Part shown: one piece after another, positions 51,103 to 64,000 of the stretch
Layout: each line of letters begins with the position of its first letter
How positions within the stretch are numbered: the stretch's first letter is position 1
Source of the DNA: Malacoraja senta
Lineage: Eukaryota
Direction: 5' to 3'
Assembly: GCA_038087875.1 (NCBI GenBank)
Contig: CM075989.1
Span: forward strand, 21,454,001-21,518,000
DNA: 64,000 nucleotides
Notes under the pieces: generated by a model
The model's database searches: none
What the model was told of the DNA's origin: nothing
The model's input: only the letters and a program-made list of their open reading frames with translations
Made by a program: the position numbers and the translations under genes

Positions 51103-51950
51103 GCTTGATGGAAGTAGAAACATTGAGAATGAGTTTTTAATAATTTTCACATTCGCTCCTGGAACTGGCAATTGAAAGATGATGATAATCCACTTGTATG
51201 CTTCTCACAAGGCAGAATCCAAGTCTAAAACATACATTTTCATGTAGTGATCGTTCATCATTGAGTCATAAAATAAAAATGTGTTAATATCTGCCAGGAT
51301 GTGAAGTAGTATTTTCAAATGAGATACACTTCTAAAGATAATAAAACATACCGCTGTGTTGTTCATATTTTAAACTCTTGTCAACTCCATTTTGGATGTG
51401 GGAGGAGACCGGAGCACCCGGAGAAAACCCAAGCGGTCACATGTAGAACGTGCAAACTCCATACAGACAGCACCCCGCAGTCAGCTTACAAGGGCAGTCC
51501 ATGTCTGCCGCTGTAAGGCAGCAACTTTAACGCTGCGCCACCGTGCTGGCCTTGTAAGCTGAGCATTTGTTTTATTTGTGTGCAAAACTATAGCATATGC
51601 ACGACAGAACACAGCCACTGCATAACAATAGACAATAGACAATAGACAATAGACAATAGGTGCAGGAGTAGGCCATTCAGCCCTTCGAGCCAGCACCGCC
51701 ATTCAATGTGATCATGGCTGATCATCCCCAATCAGTATCCCGTTCCTGCCTTCTCCCCATATCACCCGACTCCGCTATTTTTAAGAGCCCTATCTAGCTC
51801 TCTCTTGAAAGCATCCAGAGAACCTGCCTCCACCGCCCTCTGAAGCAGAGAATTCCACAGACATAACATAAAGTGTACAGTGATGTGCAGTACATGTTCA
51901 ATCGTCACCCATTCCTTCTCTCCAGAGATGCTGCCTGTCCTGCTGAGTTA

Positions 51951-52422
51951 CGGGCCTGTCCCACTTAAGCGATTGTTTAAGCGACTAGGATTGTTTAGGC
52001 GACTAGGATTGTTTAGGCGACTAGGCTGTTGCCACATGGTCACTGGTGGTTGCCGGGGTGTCGCCTGTATGGTCGTGAGTCGTCTCCTCAGTCGCCCAAA
52101 GAGTCGTAGCGTCTTTCTGGTCGCCACTGGATTTTCAACATGTTGAAAAATTTTCGCCGACAGTGGAGACCGTGGGTTTGACGCCAATGAGCGTAGCTTG
52201 ACGTAGGAGCTGTCGTAGGTTGTCGCCGGGTGACGTAGGTTGTCGCCGGGTGACATAGGTTGTCGCCAGGTGACATAGGTTGTCGCCAGGTGACGTAGGT
52301 TGTCGCCGGGTGACGTAGGTTGTCGCCAGGTGACATAGGTTGTCGCCGGTGCTGACTTAGGTGAATTCCATTGTCGTAGTCGCTGGTAGTCGCCTAAAAA
52401 TCGCCTAAATGAGACAAGCCCA
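51951..52422. mobile_element. PIF/Harbinger-type MITE with internal tandem repeats
   Basis: TIRs GGGCCTGTCCCACTTA / TAAATGAGACAAGCCC; TTA/TAA flanks; seven 20-bp units TGACRTAGGTTGTCGCCRGG at 52211-52350. Confidence 0.85.
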
Positions 52423-53285
52423 TAACTCCAGCTTTTTGTGTCTACATGGTTGCAGGGAGGATACATGACATACAGTATTTATGCAAGGGCTGCAATAGTT
52501 TTCTTTGGAAGGGATATTTGATGTATTCATTTAATCACTGATAACCGGACAGATTTGTATTGTTTAATTTTAGAAACAATTGCCATTGTGAATTCTTAAA
52601 GACTTTATTATGTCCATTTCAATCACAATGTTATCAGCCTTTATAGACAAGGGGGAGACATAGAAGTTATGTGAAAATACTCTGAGTAAACATCTTTTGT
52701 CATGCTATTGTTGCGTTTGAACTTGTCAACTTCAGGACATGAGTTAAACATCAGCTGAAGTCATGGAGCTTTAAACACTAGAGGGAGAACTCGATTTAAC
52801 TGCACCTAGTCACTCTCCCCGTGATATCGACAGAAGCAATAGCAGCACCAGTGTAGCGAGAGGAACAGGCAACAGAGGATGGACACAAAAAGCTGGAGTA
52901 ACTCAGCCGGATCAAGCAGCATCTCTGGAGAAAGGGAATAGGTGTTGTTTCGGGTCGAGACCCTTCTACACACTGAGAGTCAGGGGAAAGGGAAACGAGA
53001 GATACTGACGGTGATGTGCAGAGGTATAGAACAAATGAATGAAAGGTATGCAAAAAGGTAGCGATGATACAGGCCATCATTGGATGTGGCCTAGGTGAAA
53101 ACGAGTTACAGACAATGAGACTCAACAAGACAACAGCTAATTTTCTGCAGCATGGTCTGATGATATTTGTTCCCAGGAGAATAGATCCTCTGTGGGCCAA
53201 TGTATTTCTGATGCGTAATAGAGTCCTTATTTAGATTACAACCCAGCCATATGAAGGTTGAATTCTCTAATTTGAGGTAACTTTT

Positions 53286-53870
53286 AATCATGGCTGATCT
53301 ATTTTTCCCTCTCAACCCCATTCTCCAGACTTCTCCCCGTAACCTTTGACACCCGTACTAATCAAAAACCTGTTAATCTCCGCTTTAACAAATTCCCAAT
53401 GACTTGATTTTCACAGCCGTCTGTGGCAATGAATTCCACAGATTCACCACCCTCTGGGTAAAGAAATTCCTCCTCACTTCTGTTCTGAAGTTACGTCCTT
53501 TTATTCTGAGAGTCTAACCTCTGGTTCTGGACTCTCACACTAGTGGAAACATCCTTTCCATGTCTACACGATCAAGGCCTTTAATTATCCAGGAGGTTTC
53601 AATGAGGTCCCCCCCTCATCCTTCTAAACTCCAGCGAGTACAGGTCCTGAGCCTTCAAACACTCCTCATACATTAATATATTATTCTCCACTGGACCCTC
53701 CGCAGAGCCAACTCATCCTTCCTCAAGAATGAACTCTGAAGAAGGGTCTCGAGCCGAAACGTCACCCATTCCTTCTCTCCAAAGATGCTGCCTATCTTCT
53801 ATTTAAACCAGCATCTGTGGTTCTTTCCTGCACATCCTTCCTCAGATATGGAACCCACGACTGCTCACAA
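53286..53870 (-). mobile_element. Old CR1 3' fragment with a nested PLE unit (53726-53832)
   Basis: 12-bp TSD CATCCTTCCTCA at 53714-53725 and 53833-53844. Confidence 0.8.
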
Positions 53871-54029
53871 TATGTGACCTCACCCAGCGCCTAATAAAGC
53901 CTTAGATTCACACTCAAGTCTCAAAGCAAGTCTCAAAACACAACTGCACACAAACACACACAACTTTAGGCTTGAGGCAACGGCACTAAAATTATGTTCT
54001 CTTAATGGATTATTTAATTTTAAACTTCT

Positions 54030-54325
54030 GACTTTAGACTTTAGAGAAACTGCGAGGAAACAGCCATTCGGCCCACCGAGTACGTGCCGACCAGCGATCC
54101 CTGCACAATAACACTCCCACACACAGGGGACAATTTATGATTTTACCAAAGCCAATTAAACTACAGACCTGCATGTGTTTGGAGTGTGGGAGGAAACTGC
54201 AGAACCCAGAGAAAACCCACGAGATCGCAGGGAGAACGGACAATACAAACTCCATACAGACAGCACCTATAGTCGGGATCGAACCTGGATCTCTGGCGCT
54301 GTAAGGCAGCAACTCTACCACTGCA
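54030..54325 (-). mobile_element. V-SINE
   Basis: Reverse complement of the consensus with (TCTAAAG)n tail. Confidence 0.85.
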
Positions 54326-55084
54326 ACTAGACACCGCCCTCACAACTACACACTTCACACATAACAAGTCTCTTCTAAATCGTTTGGCTGTTCTTTATTC
54401 TGATCGAGTTAGCGTTCCCAACTTTAAGCAATCTGAGGTATTTAGTAACAACACTGTGTTAGCCAATAAGTTAGAAGTGGAACAGTCTCTATGTTTATTT
54501 GGAATCAATCTATGCACAGCATATAACCAATTTGACTGGGAAATTGAGACACTGCAGATATTGGGATCCTGAGCAAAAAACAAGCTGCTGGAGTAACTCA
54601 GCAGGTTAGACAAGATGTCGGGGGTGTCAGGGGTTATGGGGAGAAAGCTGGAGAATTGGGTTAGGAGGGAGAGATAGATCAGCCATGATTGAATGGCAGA
54701 GTAGACTTGATGGGCCGAATGGCCTATTTCTGCTCCTGTCACTTGTGAACATCTACGAAGGAATGGCGTTTTTGGACAGTTAACTTTCCTCAGATTCTTC
54801 AGATACTTTCAGAAAATAGAATTTCTGCGAAGAGTGAAGAAAATATGTACTCAAGAGAGAGAGTTGGATATAGCTCAGAGGGCTAACGGAATCAAGGGAT
54901 ATGGGGAGAAAGCAGGAACGGGGTACGGATTCTGGATGATCTGCCGTGATCACATTGAATGGCGGTGCTGACTCGAAGGGCCGAATGGCCTACTCCTGCA
55001 CCTATTTTCTATGTTTCTATGTTTCTAAAATAAAACCTGCAACTTCTCCCAATAAAACTGCCATATTTCCCCCTTAGTTACACG

Positions 55085-55215
55085 AAAACAAGCAGTGTTG
55101 CAACACGACAACATGCTTTCTATGGCGCATTCGTAGAAGTTAGTAAGAGTCAATGGAGACTTGCCGCACTTCCTCCGTCTCCAGAGGAAGTGGAGGCATT
55201 GGTGTGTCTTCTTGC
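55085..55215 (-). mobile_element. Rex1/Babar ORF fragment
   Basis: KKTHQCLHFLWRRRKCGKSPLTLTNFYECAIESMLSCC resembles the Rex1 KAHQRLYFLRRL...LTNFYRCTIESIL motif. Confidence 0.75.
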
Positions 55216-55286
55216 CTGTCAGGAATTGGGAAGAAGCTCCCAGTCCTCCCCCCTCACATTTCCTTTCAAACACTCAGTGGTTAAGT

Positions 55287-55314
55287 CTGAAGAAGGGTCT
55301 CGACCCGAAACGTC
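55287..55314 (+). ncRNA. Consensus hammerhead-like core in a PLE tail (55283-55415)
   Basis: Exact CTGAAGAAGGGTCTCGACCCGAAACGTC. Confidence 0.6.
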
Positions 55315-55744
55315 ACCCATTCCTTCTCTCCAGAGATGCTGCCTGTCCCGCTGAGTTACTCCAGCATTTTGTGTCTATCTTCGGTTTAAACCAGCATCTG
55401 CAGATCCTTCCCACACAATCACCGGCTGTTTTGCAGTTTCATCATGAGATCACTTCTTTCTTCATATTTCAGGCTTTGTGGAACAAATTACAGGCAACTT
55501 TGAGCCCTGTAAGCTTTTCGAAGCCTCTTGACACCAATTGCCTCTAAGTGTTCTTTCATTATGAGGTCTATCACTAATTTTGAAGGGAAGCTCCACATCA
55601 TCGCATTGCACCACCTTAGGCAGGCCTGAGAACAGAGTTAACTAATTCTATGTGAGCCCAGCCCCAAGTCATTAGTCTGTGCTTGGGCACGTTAAGTTTG
55701 GACAGTGATTTAGTCTGGTTGTGTTGACAAGTTTCTATATCCTA

Positions 55745-56895
55745 CAGCAGGCAGTGAAGAAAGCGAATGGCATGTTAACCATATAACCATATAACCATTA
55801 CAGCACGGAAACAGGCCATCTCGGCCCTTCAAGTCCGTGCCGAACACTTTTTTTTTTTCCCCCTTCTTTCTTCTTACTTCCCCCTAGTCCCATCTACCTG
55901 CACTCAGACCATATCCCTCCATTCCTTTCCCGTCCATATACCCATCCAATCTATTTTTAAAGGATAAAATCAAACCTGCCTCCACCACTTCCACTTGAAG
56001 CTCATTCCACACAGCTACCACTCTCTGAGTAAAGAAGTTCCCCCTAATGTTACCCCTAAACTTCTGTCCCTTAATTCTCAACTCATGTCCCCTTGTTTGA
56101 ATCTTCCCGGCGCTCAATGGGAAAAGCTTATCCACGTCAACTCTGTCTAACCCGCTCATCATTTTAAAGACCTCTATCAAGTCCCCCCTTAACCTTCTGC
56201 GCTCCAAAGAATAAAGACCTAACTTGTTCAACCTTTCTCTGTAACTTAGTTGCTGAAACCCAGGCCTTCATAACCAGGGGAGTTGAGTATAGGAGCAAAG
56301 AGGTCCTTCTGCAGTTGTATAGGGCCCTAGTGAGACCACACCTGGAGTATTGTGTGCAGTTTTGGGCCCCTAATTTGAGGAAGGACATTCTTGCTATTGA
56401 GGGAGTGCAGCGTAGGTTTACAAGGTTAATTCCCGGGATGGCGGGACTGTCATATGCTGAGAGAATGGAGCGGCTGGGCTTGTACACTCTGGAGTTTAGA
56501 AGGATGAGAGGGAATCTTATTGAAGCATAAAAGATTATTAAGGATTTGGACACGGTGGAGGCAGGAAACATGTTCCCGATGTTGGGGGAGTCCAGAACCA
56601 GGGGCCACAGTTTAAGAATAAGGGGTAAGCCATTTAGAACAGAGACGAGGAAACACTTTTTCTCACAGAGAGTGGTGCGTCTGTGGAATTCTCTGCCTCA
56701 GAGGGCGGTGGAGACAGGTTCTCTGGATACTTTCAAGAGAGAGCTAGATAGGGCTCTTAAAAATAGTGGAGTCAGGGGGAGAAGGCAGGAATGGGGTACT
56801 GATTTGGGATGATCAGCCATGATCACACTGAATGGCGGTGCTGGATCGAAGGGCCGAATGGCCTACTCCTGCACCTATTGTCTATTATCTATTGT
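55745..56895 (+). mobile_element. CR1 3' fragment interrupted by an opposite-strand CR1 (55776-56264)
   Basis: GGCATGTT|...|GGCCTTCATAAC rejoins the ORF2 motif KKANGMLAFI. Confidence 0.88.
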
Positions 56896-58080
56896 TCCCA
56901 ATTTTTGAAAATGATTCAATTGAAAACATGAAAACAATTGAAAAAGACATCGGTTTTTCACGCATTACTGCCTCTAGTGTCTTGATAGAAGTTTATTAAT
57001 CTCATTTTTATTGGATCTGGTTATTCTTGGTGGAAACATTAGAACGAGCATAATCGTAAAAGCCTTTTGGTTTTATTTTTGCAAACCTTATTGTACAACA
57101 AAATTCTGTCAATTGTTGCCAGGAGATAAAGTAGGATAAAAATCCATTGGAAATTTGGACAGAGGAATGACAAATGGAGTTTAATCCAGATAAATGTGAT
57201 GATGATGAAGGGTCTCGCCCTGAAACATCACCGATTCCTTCTCTCCAGAGCTCCTGCCTGACCCATTGAATTACTCCAGCATTTTGTGTCAATTCTCAAA
57301 CGTGAGATAATGCCTTTTGGGGAAGTCATATTCATGGAAATGATTCCAGGAATATTCCTTGAATGATTCCTTGAAATGATTCGAGGAAAGGATGCAGTAA
57401 ATGGCAGCACCCTACGGAGCATTGATGTATAGAGGAACCATGGTGTCATGTTTACAGAGGAACCATGGAGTGCGAGTCCAGAGCTCCACAAAAGGAGCAA
57501 CACAAGTGGATAGGTCGTAAAGAAGGCGTAGTACATGCTTGTCTTTTATTTAGATGGGAGACAGAGTATAAAAGTTTGTAAGTCATGTTGCAGGTGTATT
57601 AAGCTTTGGTTAGGCCATGTTTGTGAGATTGTGTGCAGTGGTGGTCACACCACATAAAGGATGTGAGGGATTTGAAGAAGGTGTACAAGAGCTACACCAC
57701 GGCACTGCCTGGGTTTGAATGTATCAGCTACACAGAGAGATTGGACCAACTTAGATCATTTGCACTGGAACATGGGAGGCTGAGGGGCCAAAACAAAAAC
57801 AGCAGTAAAGATTGTAAAATGTCCCTAGGGTGTAGGATAGTGCTTGTGTACGGGGATCGCTGGTTGGCTCAGACTCAGTAGGCCTAAAGGCCTATTCCTG
57901 CACTGTATCCCAAGTTCAAGTTCAAGTTTATTGTCACATGCAACTCGGTACAGTGATATTTATGTTACCATGCAGCCATACAAGTAAAGAGAACACAATA
58001 CACAATAGAATTTAACATAAACATCTACCTCAATGAAATCAGCATTCTTCACTGTGATGGAAGGCAGTAAAGTTCAGTCA

Positions 58081-59899
58081 TCTATATTATATTAAATCTC
58101 TGTGGCTGCCTGACTTGTGGCTGCCTGACTTGTGGCTGCCTGACTTGTGTCTGCCATCCGCCTGACTTGTGTCACAAATCCCCTTTGATACCGCCCTAGG
58201 CCCACACAGCACGCGGAAACGCCGATATTTTTTTACCATTTCTAAAGAGATTACATTTATCTTTACGAATAGACACTCCTGATTAAATTTGGTCGTGTTT
58301 GTGTACACTTTTTAAAATAAATTATTTCTCCGCCCCCCCCCACCCAAACATTTTAAAATGTTAAAAAAAACAGCTCTCAGCCATAGAATGTTAGTAAAGT
58401 TCCGTTGTGTGATGTCACAATGCCCGATGCTCACAGATGTCCAATCGGAATGGATCCATTTACATATGCCTTTGCAGCAGCCCCAGCCCCAGCCCCAGCC
58501 CCAGTCCCTCCCCCCCAATCCCACAGCCTGTGTCGAAGGGCGTCGTCACGTGTGTGGGAATAGAGAAAGAGGATTGGGGATGATAGGGAATGGGGAACAG
58601 ATGGACTGTCCTTACCCCTCCTACTTCAACTCTCCCTCCCCACTCTTCCCCCTCTCTCCTCTCCCCCTCCCTCCCCTCCCACCCCCTCTCTTCCCCATCC
58701 ACCACCCCCCCTCTTCAACCCCATCTCCCCCCACCCCCTTCCCCTCTCTTGCACCACTCCCCGCTACCCCTCTGCCTCTCACTCCCCACTCTTCCCCTCT
58801 CCCTCCCCCACCTCTCTCCCTCTCTTCCCCCTACTCCTCTCCCCTTCCCCTCATCCCCTCTCTCCACCTCTAACATCCACTCCCCCCCTCTCCCCCCTTC
58901 CTGCCCTCCCCGCTCTCCTCCCACTCCGCTCCCCCTTCCTCTCCCCCACCCTGCTCTCTTCTCCCTCACCAATCTCTCCCTTTTCCTCCTCCCCCTCTCC
59001 CCTCCCTCCCCCTCTCCTCTTCTCTCCCCACCCCGTCTCCCTCTCCCCTCTTCTCTCCCCACCCCGTCTTCCTCTCCCCCCCTCCCCCCGAGTGTGTTTG
59101 GGGGTGGTTAGTGTGAGTTTGGGGGGTGGTTAGTGTGAGTGTGATGCCGCAGCCCACCCCCCTCCCGCAAACGCGGGTTGGGAAAACAGCCCGCAAACAG
59201 TCTCTCTGTCTTTAAGACGGAACTGCAGATGCTGGAAAATCGAAGGTACACAAAAAAAACCTGTATATCCTCAGCGGGTGCAGCAGCATCTATGGATCGA
59301 AGGAAAAAGGCAACGTTTCGGTAGAAAACCCGTCTGAGGATGGGCTTCGGCCCAAAGCGTTGCCTATTTCCTTCGCTCCATATATGCTGCTGCACCCGCT
59401 GTGTTTCTCCAGCTTTTTTTTGTGTACCAGTCTCTGTCTCTCCCCTCTCTCTCTCTCTCTCTCTCTGCCCTTCTCTCTTCACAGCCCGCGGCTCGACTCA
59501 TGCACGCCCGCTCCAAACCCCCCCCTTCACCTCTCTCCCCATCCTCTTTTTCCTCTCTCCACCCCTCTCCTCTCTCCCCCTTCCATTCCACCCTCCTCCT
59601 CCCCCTCTTCAAATTTTTTTTTTCTAACATTAAATTTTCGCTCTGCCCCAACCCCTCTAGACGCATCTGAGAGGGGAAGGCTATTCGTCAGTGGATAGGG
59701 TGGAGATGGGATAAAAGAAGCAAATTAAAAAATTAAAATAATATCAAGAGGTGTGATGAGTGTGTGTGTTTGTGGGTGCCGGATTCCGTGCTTTGGAGGA
59801 AAGGGGGTGATTAGTGTGACGCCACAGCCTCCCTCCCCCCCCCCTCCCCCGCAAACGCACGTTCAGTGTCCAGACCCAACGGGTCTGCACTTGGCCTAG
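58081..59899 (+). mobile_element. Non-autonomous Helitron
   Basis: A|TCTATATTA 5' end; hairpin CAGACCC-AAC-GGGTCTG (59871-59887) 8 nt before the terminal CTAG|T; no TSD; 15-bp repeats near the 5' end. Confidence 0.8.
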
Positions 59900-60084
59900 T
59901 CTAAACTAAAACTAAACTACATTATATCACTCTCAGCAGTGAGTCTTTCTTCTTGTCTTCTCATCATATCTGTCCCAGCCCTCCAGTGTCCAATATTTAG
60001 AGACCACCTATTCTACTTTGCTGTTGATGTAGAGGAAGGTTTCTTCCACAATTCAAAGAGGGACTAACACATTATGACTGCCTA

Positions 60085-60395
60085 CCTTTAGTCTTTAGCG
60101 ATACAGCGCGGAAACAGGCCCTCCGGCCCACTGAGTGCGCACCGATAAGCGATCACCCCTTACACTCACACTGTCCTACAAACTAGGGACAATTTCACAA
60201 TTTCACCAAAGCCAATTAACCTACAAGCCTGGCACGTCTTTGGAGCGTGGGGGGGGAAACCGGAGCATCCGTAGAAATCCCATGCGGCCATGGGGAGAAC
60301 GTACAACCACCGTACATACAGCACCCGAAGTCAGGATCGAACCCGGTTTGCTGGCGCTGTGAGGCAGCAACTCTACCGCTGTGCCACTGTAACGC
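60085..60395 (-). mobile_element. Full-length V-SINE
   Basis: Head TGGCACAGCGGTAGAG, B-box GGTTCGATCC, tail. Confidence 0.88.
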
Positions 60396-62807
60396 CATTT
60401 TTTCTTTTAAATGAAAAAAACTCTAAAGCACCTTTTAACTGTCTTTCAAATACAAGACAAGACTGTGACGTACATGTCATGTTGTCACTTGCGGGCGGAG
60501 CAACAAGGCAAATTCCTTGTATGTGAATACTTGGCCAATAAACTTATTACTTCATTCAATGCCCTACCCAGGCCGCTAATTCTGTGGCAGGTTACTAAAT
60601 CAGCTCATAAAACGCTTCTTGACCTTCAAAGAGCCTGTAATTTAGCTAAGGTGAGATCAAAGGATTACTGGAACTCAGTGTTTAACTGACTGCCTCACAG
60701 AGGTCATCACACAATATCCAAACTGTGCAGGATAGTTTCTCACCAGCCTATTCTGTGTTGCACCTGGCAGGGTATATTGAACTTTAGGTAGACAAAAGTG
60801 CTGGAGAAACTCAGCGGGTGTGGCAGCATCTATGGAGCGAAGGAAATATGCCACCTTTTTGGGCAGAAACCCTTCTAAGCAGTTTATTGTGCTTTAACTC
60901 TCTCTTTTGGCTTGAAGCGGCATTACCCTGGGAGAGTTTGTCGGAAGGAAGGAACTGCAGATGCTGGTTTGAACCGAAGATAGACACAACATGCTGGAGT
61001 AACTCAGCGGGACAGGCAGCATCTCTGGAGGGAAGGAATGGGTAACATTTCAGGTCGAGTCCCTTCTGCACACTGGAAACATCACCCATTCCTTCTATCC
61101 AGAGATGCTGCCTGTCCCGCTGAGTCACTCCAACATTTTGTGTATCTTCCCCAGGGAGAATAATGCTACAAATGGTTTCTTTCATCGATTCATTGGATAA
61201 TCATACTGCCGCCCAGAGTGGTCTGAGTTTGGAGTTTGGTTCGGGTATGCGCCCACCTGTAACGTAAGAGTCCAAAATCTGAGTGTGTTTTTCTTTGCCA
61301 ATTGAAACTGAAAAAAGCAGGAAGCTCGACAGAAGGCGTGAAGCTACTTATAACTTCAATCCTGCCGCCAGCCATTGGAACACTTTGTGTTTGTGTTCGT
61401 GCGCTCTTGGGCAGATCTCTGCTTTCTCCGAACTGCACAACGAGTGTAACTTCACACTGCCAATTCATGCCCAACGCAAAAGCAGGTATTGTGTTCAAAT
61501 GAAACCTGCCATAAACTGCAGAGCGAGCAGTGCGGTTTTTGTAGACAAACAAAGTGCAGGTCCTCACTTCATTCCCTGCTGTTGGCGTCCAAGGCGTATC
61601 GTGGTCCTATAAGCTGCTTAAGTAGTTTAAGGAAGATAGACACAAAATGCTGGGGTAACTCGGCGGGTCAGGCAGCATCTCTGAGAAAAAGGATGGGTGA
61701 CGTTTAGCGATGAACAGCTAACAACGAACCATTCTACCTTTCCATTATTAGCATCTAATTTTATCTGTGGTTTTCACACCTTACCCTTCCATACCTCTAG
61801 GCTCCCTCTCCCTGATTCTGAGTCTGAAAAAGGGTCTTGACCCGAAATGTCAACCATTCCTTCTCTCCAGAGATGCTGCCTGTCCCGCTGAGTTACTCCA
61901 GCTTTTTTGTGTTTTTCTTCGGTTTAAACCAGCATCTGCAGTTCCTTCCTATATACTAATCTCAATGCAGGCAGGCATGCTAGTGAACAAGGAGTGGTTT
62001 ACCAAATCGCTATACCATATGTGTAACATAGATAGGCTGTTTGCTTTAGACTCTGTCCAATGTCCATCTCACTTCAATCAGTGATGAAGTGGAAAGAGTA
62101 CCAGTGATGAAGTGAAAAGAGTACCATTGCCAAATCTCCTAGTAAATGTACATACTGTTACATCATTTCCATGGGTGATCACAATGCAGGCATGTTCTTA
62201 GGTTTCAGACGTATCAGAGTTCAAACCAAACCAAACCACACCAACCTAAAATAATCTCAACTCAACTCAACTCAACTCAAATGAAATACCCCAACTAAAA
62301 TGTGTTTTGCTTTAAAGGTACACCACTGAAAATTTTAACTCTCTTTGCTCTTAAAACGAGCTGTACATTGTTACATTGATCTTCATCTAGATGTGTTTGT
62401 TACCAATTAAAACCTGCATCTTAAAATCTTTATTCAGCTGTTTATCATTTTGCCAACTTTGATCATGCACATTGTGTTATTTTCTGCGTAAACCACTTCA
62501 CAGGCCCGTCAGCTCCCACAGAATGAGGTTTAACACAAGCATCCAGCTTAATCTTCAGTCTGGTATTCAACATGCAAGCTGCTGCATTATGACCCTTTAT
62601 TTGTCATTTATATCACTGGGCTGCTTGGAATTGACTTTGGTGTTTTGGATGAGTGCTTTGTATCTCTCACAGGTAAGTAATGCAGGAATACTCTTTCTTT
62701 TTTCAATGTTGAACCATATTATCCTGCAATTGAGCTCAGTGGCTATGCTCAGCAGCGACCATCTCGGGATGAAGATGATTTTTCATTTAATGCTGTCATC
62801 GTGGAAT

Positions 62808-63165
62808 AGTGAAAGGCATGGATAGAGTGGATGTGGAGAGGATGTTATCACTGGTGGGAGAATCCAGGAGCAGAGGTCATAGCCTCAGAATTAAAGGGTG
62901 TTCCATTAGGAAGGAGATGAGGGGGGGTTTCTTTAGTCAGAAGGTGGTGAATCTTTGGATTTCATTGCCGCAGGAGGTTGTGGAGGACAAATCAATGGAT
63001 ATTTTTAAGGCGGAGATTGATAGATTCTTGATTAATACTGGTGTCAGGGGTCATGGGGAGCAGGCAGGAGAATGGGGTTGAGACGGAAAGATAGATCAGC
63101 CATGATTGAATGGTGGAGCGGACTTGATGGGCCGAATGGCCTAATTCTGTTCCTATCACTTATGA
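62808..63165 (+). mobile_element. CR1 3' fragment
   Basis: ORF 62809..63081 SRSRGHSLRIKG...VVNLWISLPQEVVE. Confidence 0.88.
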
Positions 63166-64000
63166 ACTAATCTCCATTGGCTTTGTAAGACACAGACTTT
63201 CTGAAAAGTAAACTCACTCACTCACTCTGAATTATTTGGAATACACTTTTGCACTAGTCAATGCACGGACTTCCCTCAGGAAGCTTTCCAATGTTACAGT
63301 GTAGCAAGTGCTCTTAAATGCCATGGTATAATCACCAATGAACAGGACAGGCTTTTTTGATGGTGTACCCTGGCCTTTGACTTTTGTTATCCCTAAAGGT
63401 ACAAGGATTACCTTGCACCTTCGATTTCATAAGTTGATAAATTCATAGGTTATCGGAGCAGAATTGAGCCCTTCAGCCCATCAAGGCTACTCTGCCATTC
63501 ATTCAATCATGGCTGATATATTTATCTTTCCCTCTCAACCCCATTCTCCTGCCCCCTCCCCATAACCCCTGACACCCATACTGATCAAGAATCTGTCAAT
63601 CTCCTCAGCCTTCTATGGCAATGAATTCCTCACCACCCTCTGACTAAAGACATTTCTTACACTTCTGGAGAGTATGTAATTATTGAGGTAGGTCCAATGA
63701 CCATGGACCGATAAGTGGTGGATCTGTGGAATTGGGTATACCCAAGTCATTGGCTGTTTATAAAGCGGAGATTGATAGGGTCTTCATTAGTGCGGGTGTC
63801 AGGGGTTATGGGGAGAAGGTGGGAGAATGGGGTTGAGAGGGAAAGAAATATCATCCATGATTGAATGGCGGAGTAGTCTCGATGGGCTGAAAGGCCTAAT
63901 GCGGCTCGTATGATTTATGGACCTCTGAATTTATCGACCATATTTAAAAGACATTTGGACAGGTACATGGATAGGAAAGATTTAGAAGGATACTAGACTA

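Noticed and set aside
52211..52350. CRISPR-like regular repeats
   Set aside because: Contiguous 20-bp units without spacers, inside a MITE in a vertebrate genome; no cas genes

Overview
Eukaryotic, vertebrate, repeat-dominated DNA (intron or gene desert). The repeat set points to a cartilaginous fish, probably a skate or ray (inference): tRNA-headed V-SINEs of HE1/SacSINE type, CR1/HER1 LINEs, Rex1/Babar, L1 and Penelope-like elements (PLE). I recognise no host protein-coding exon; every convincing ORF is transposon-derived or a microsatellite artefact. Highlights: (1) roughly 30 or more short PLE 3'-end units carry a minimal hammerhead-ribozyme-like core (CTGANGA-A-GGGTC-TC-GACCC-GAAA-CGTC), often as inverted pairs and flanked by 12-15 bp target-site duplications; (2) a Gypsy-type LTR is joined to 39 nt of tRNA-Trp that end at position 38, next to the G37 position, as expected for a fossil read-through plus-strand strong-stop cDNA; (3) a complete non-autonomous Helitron (58081-59899); (4) PIF/Harbinger-type MITEs, two of which hit the same TTA in the PLE tail; (5) a 3.8-kb CR1 with an SGNH-esterase ORF1 nested in another CR1; (6) an L1 3' fragment with a 17-bp TSD; (7) a ~950-bp tandem duplication that may be a haplotype mis-assembly; (8) repeat-free islands resembling developmental conserved non-coding enhancers. 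Repeat boundaries were read by eye and are approximate unless a TSD or terminus is quoted.
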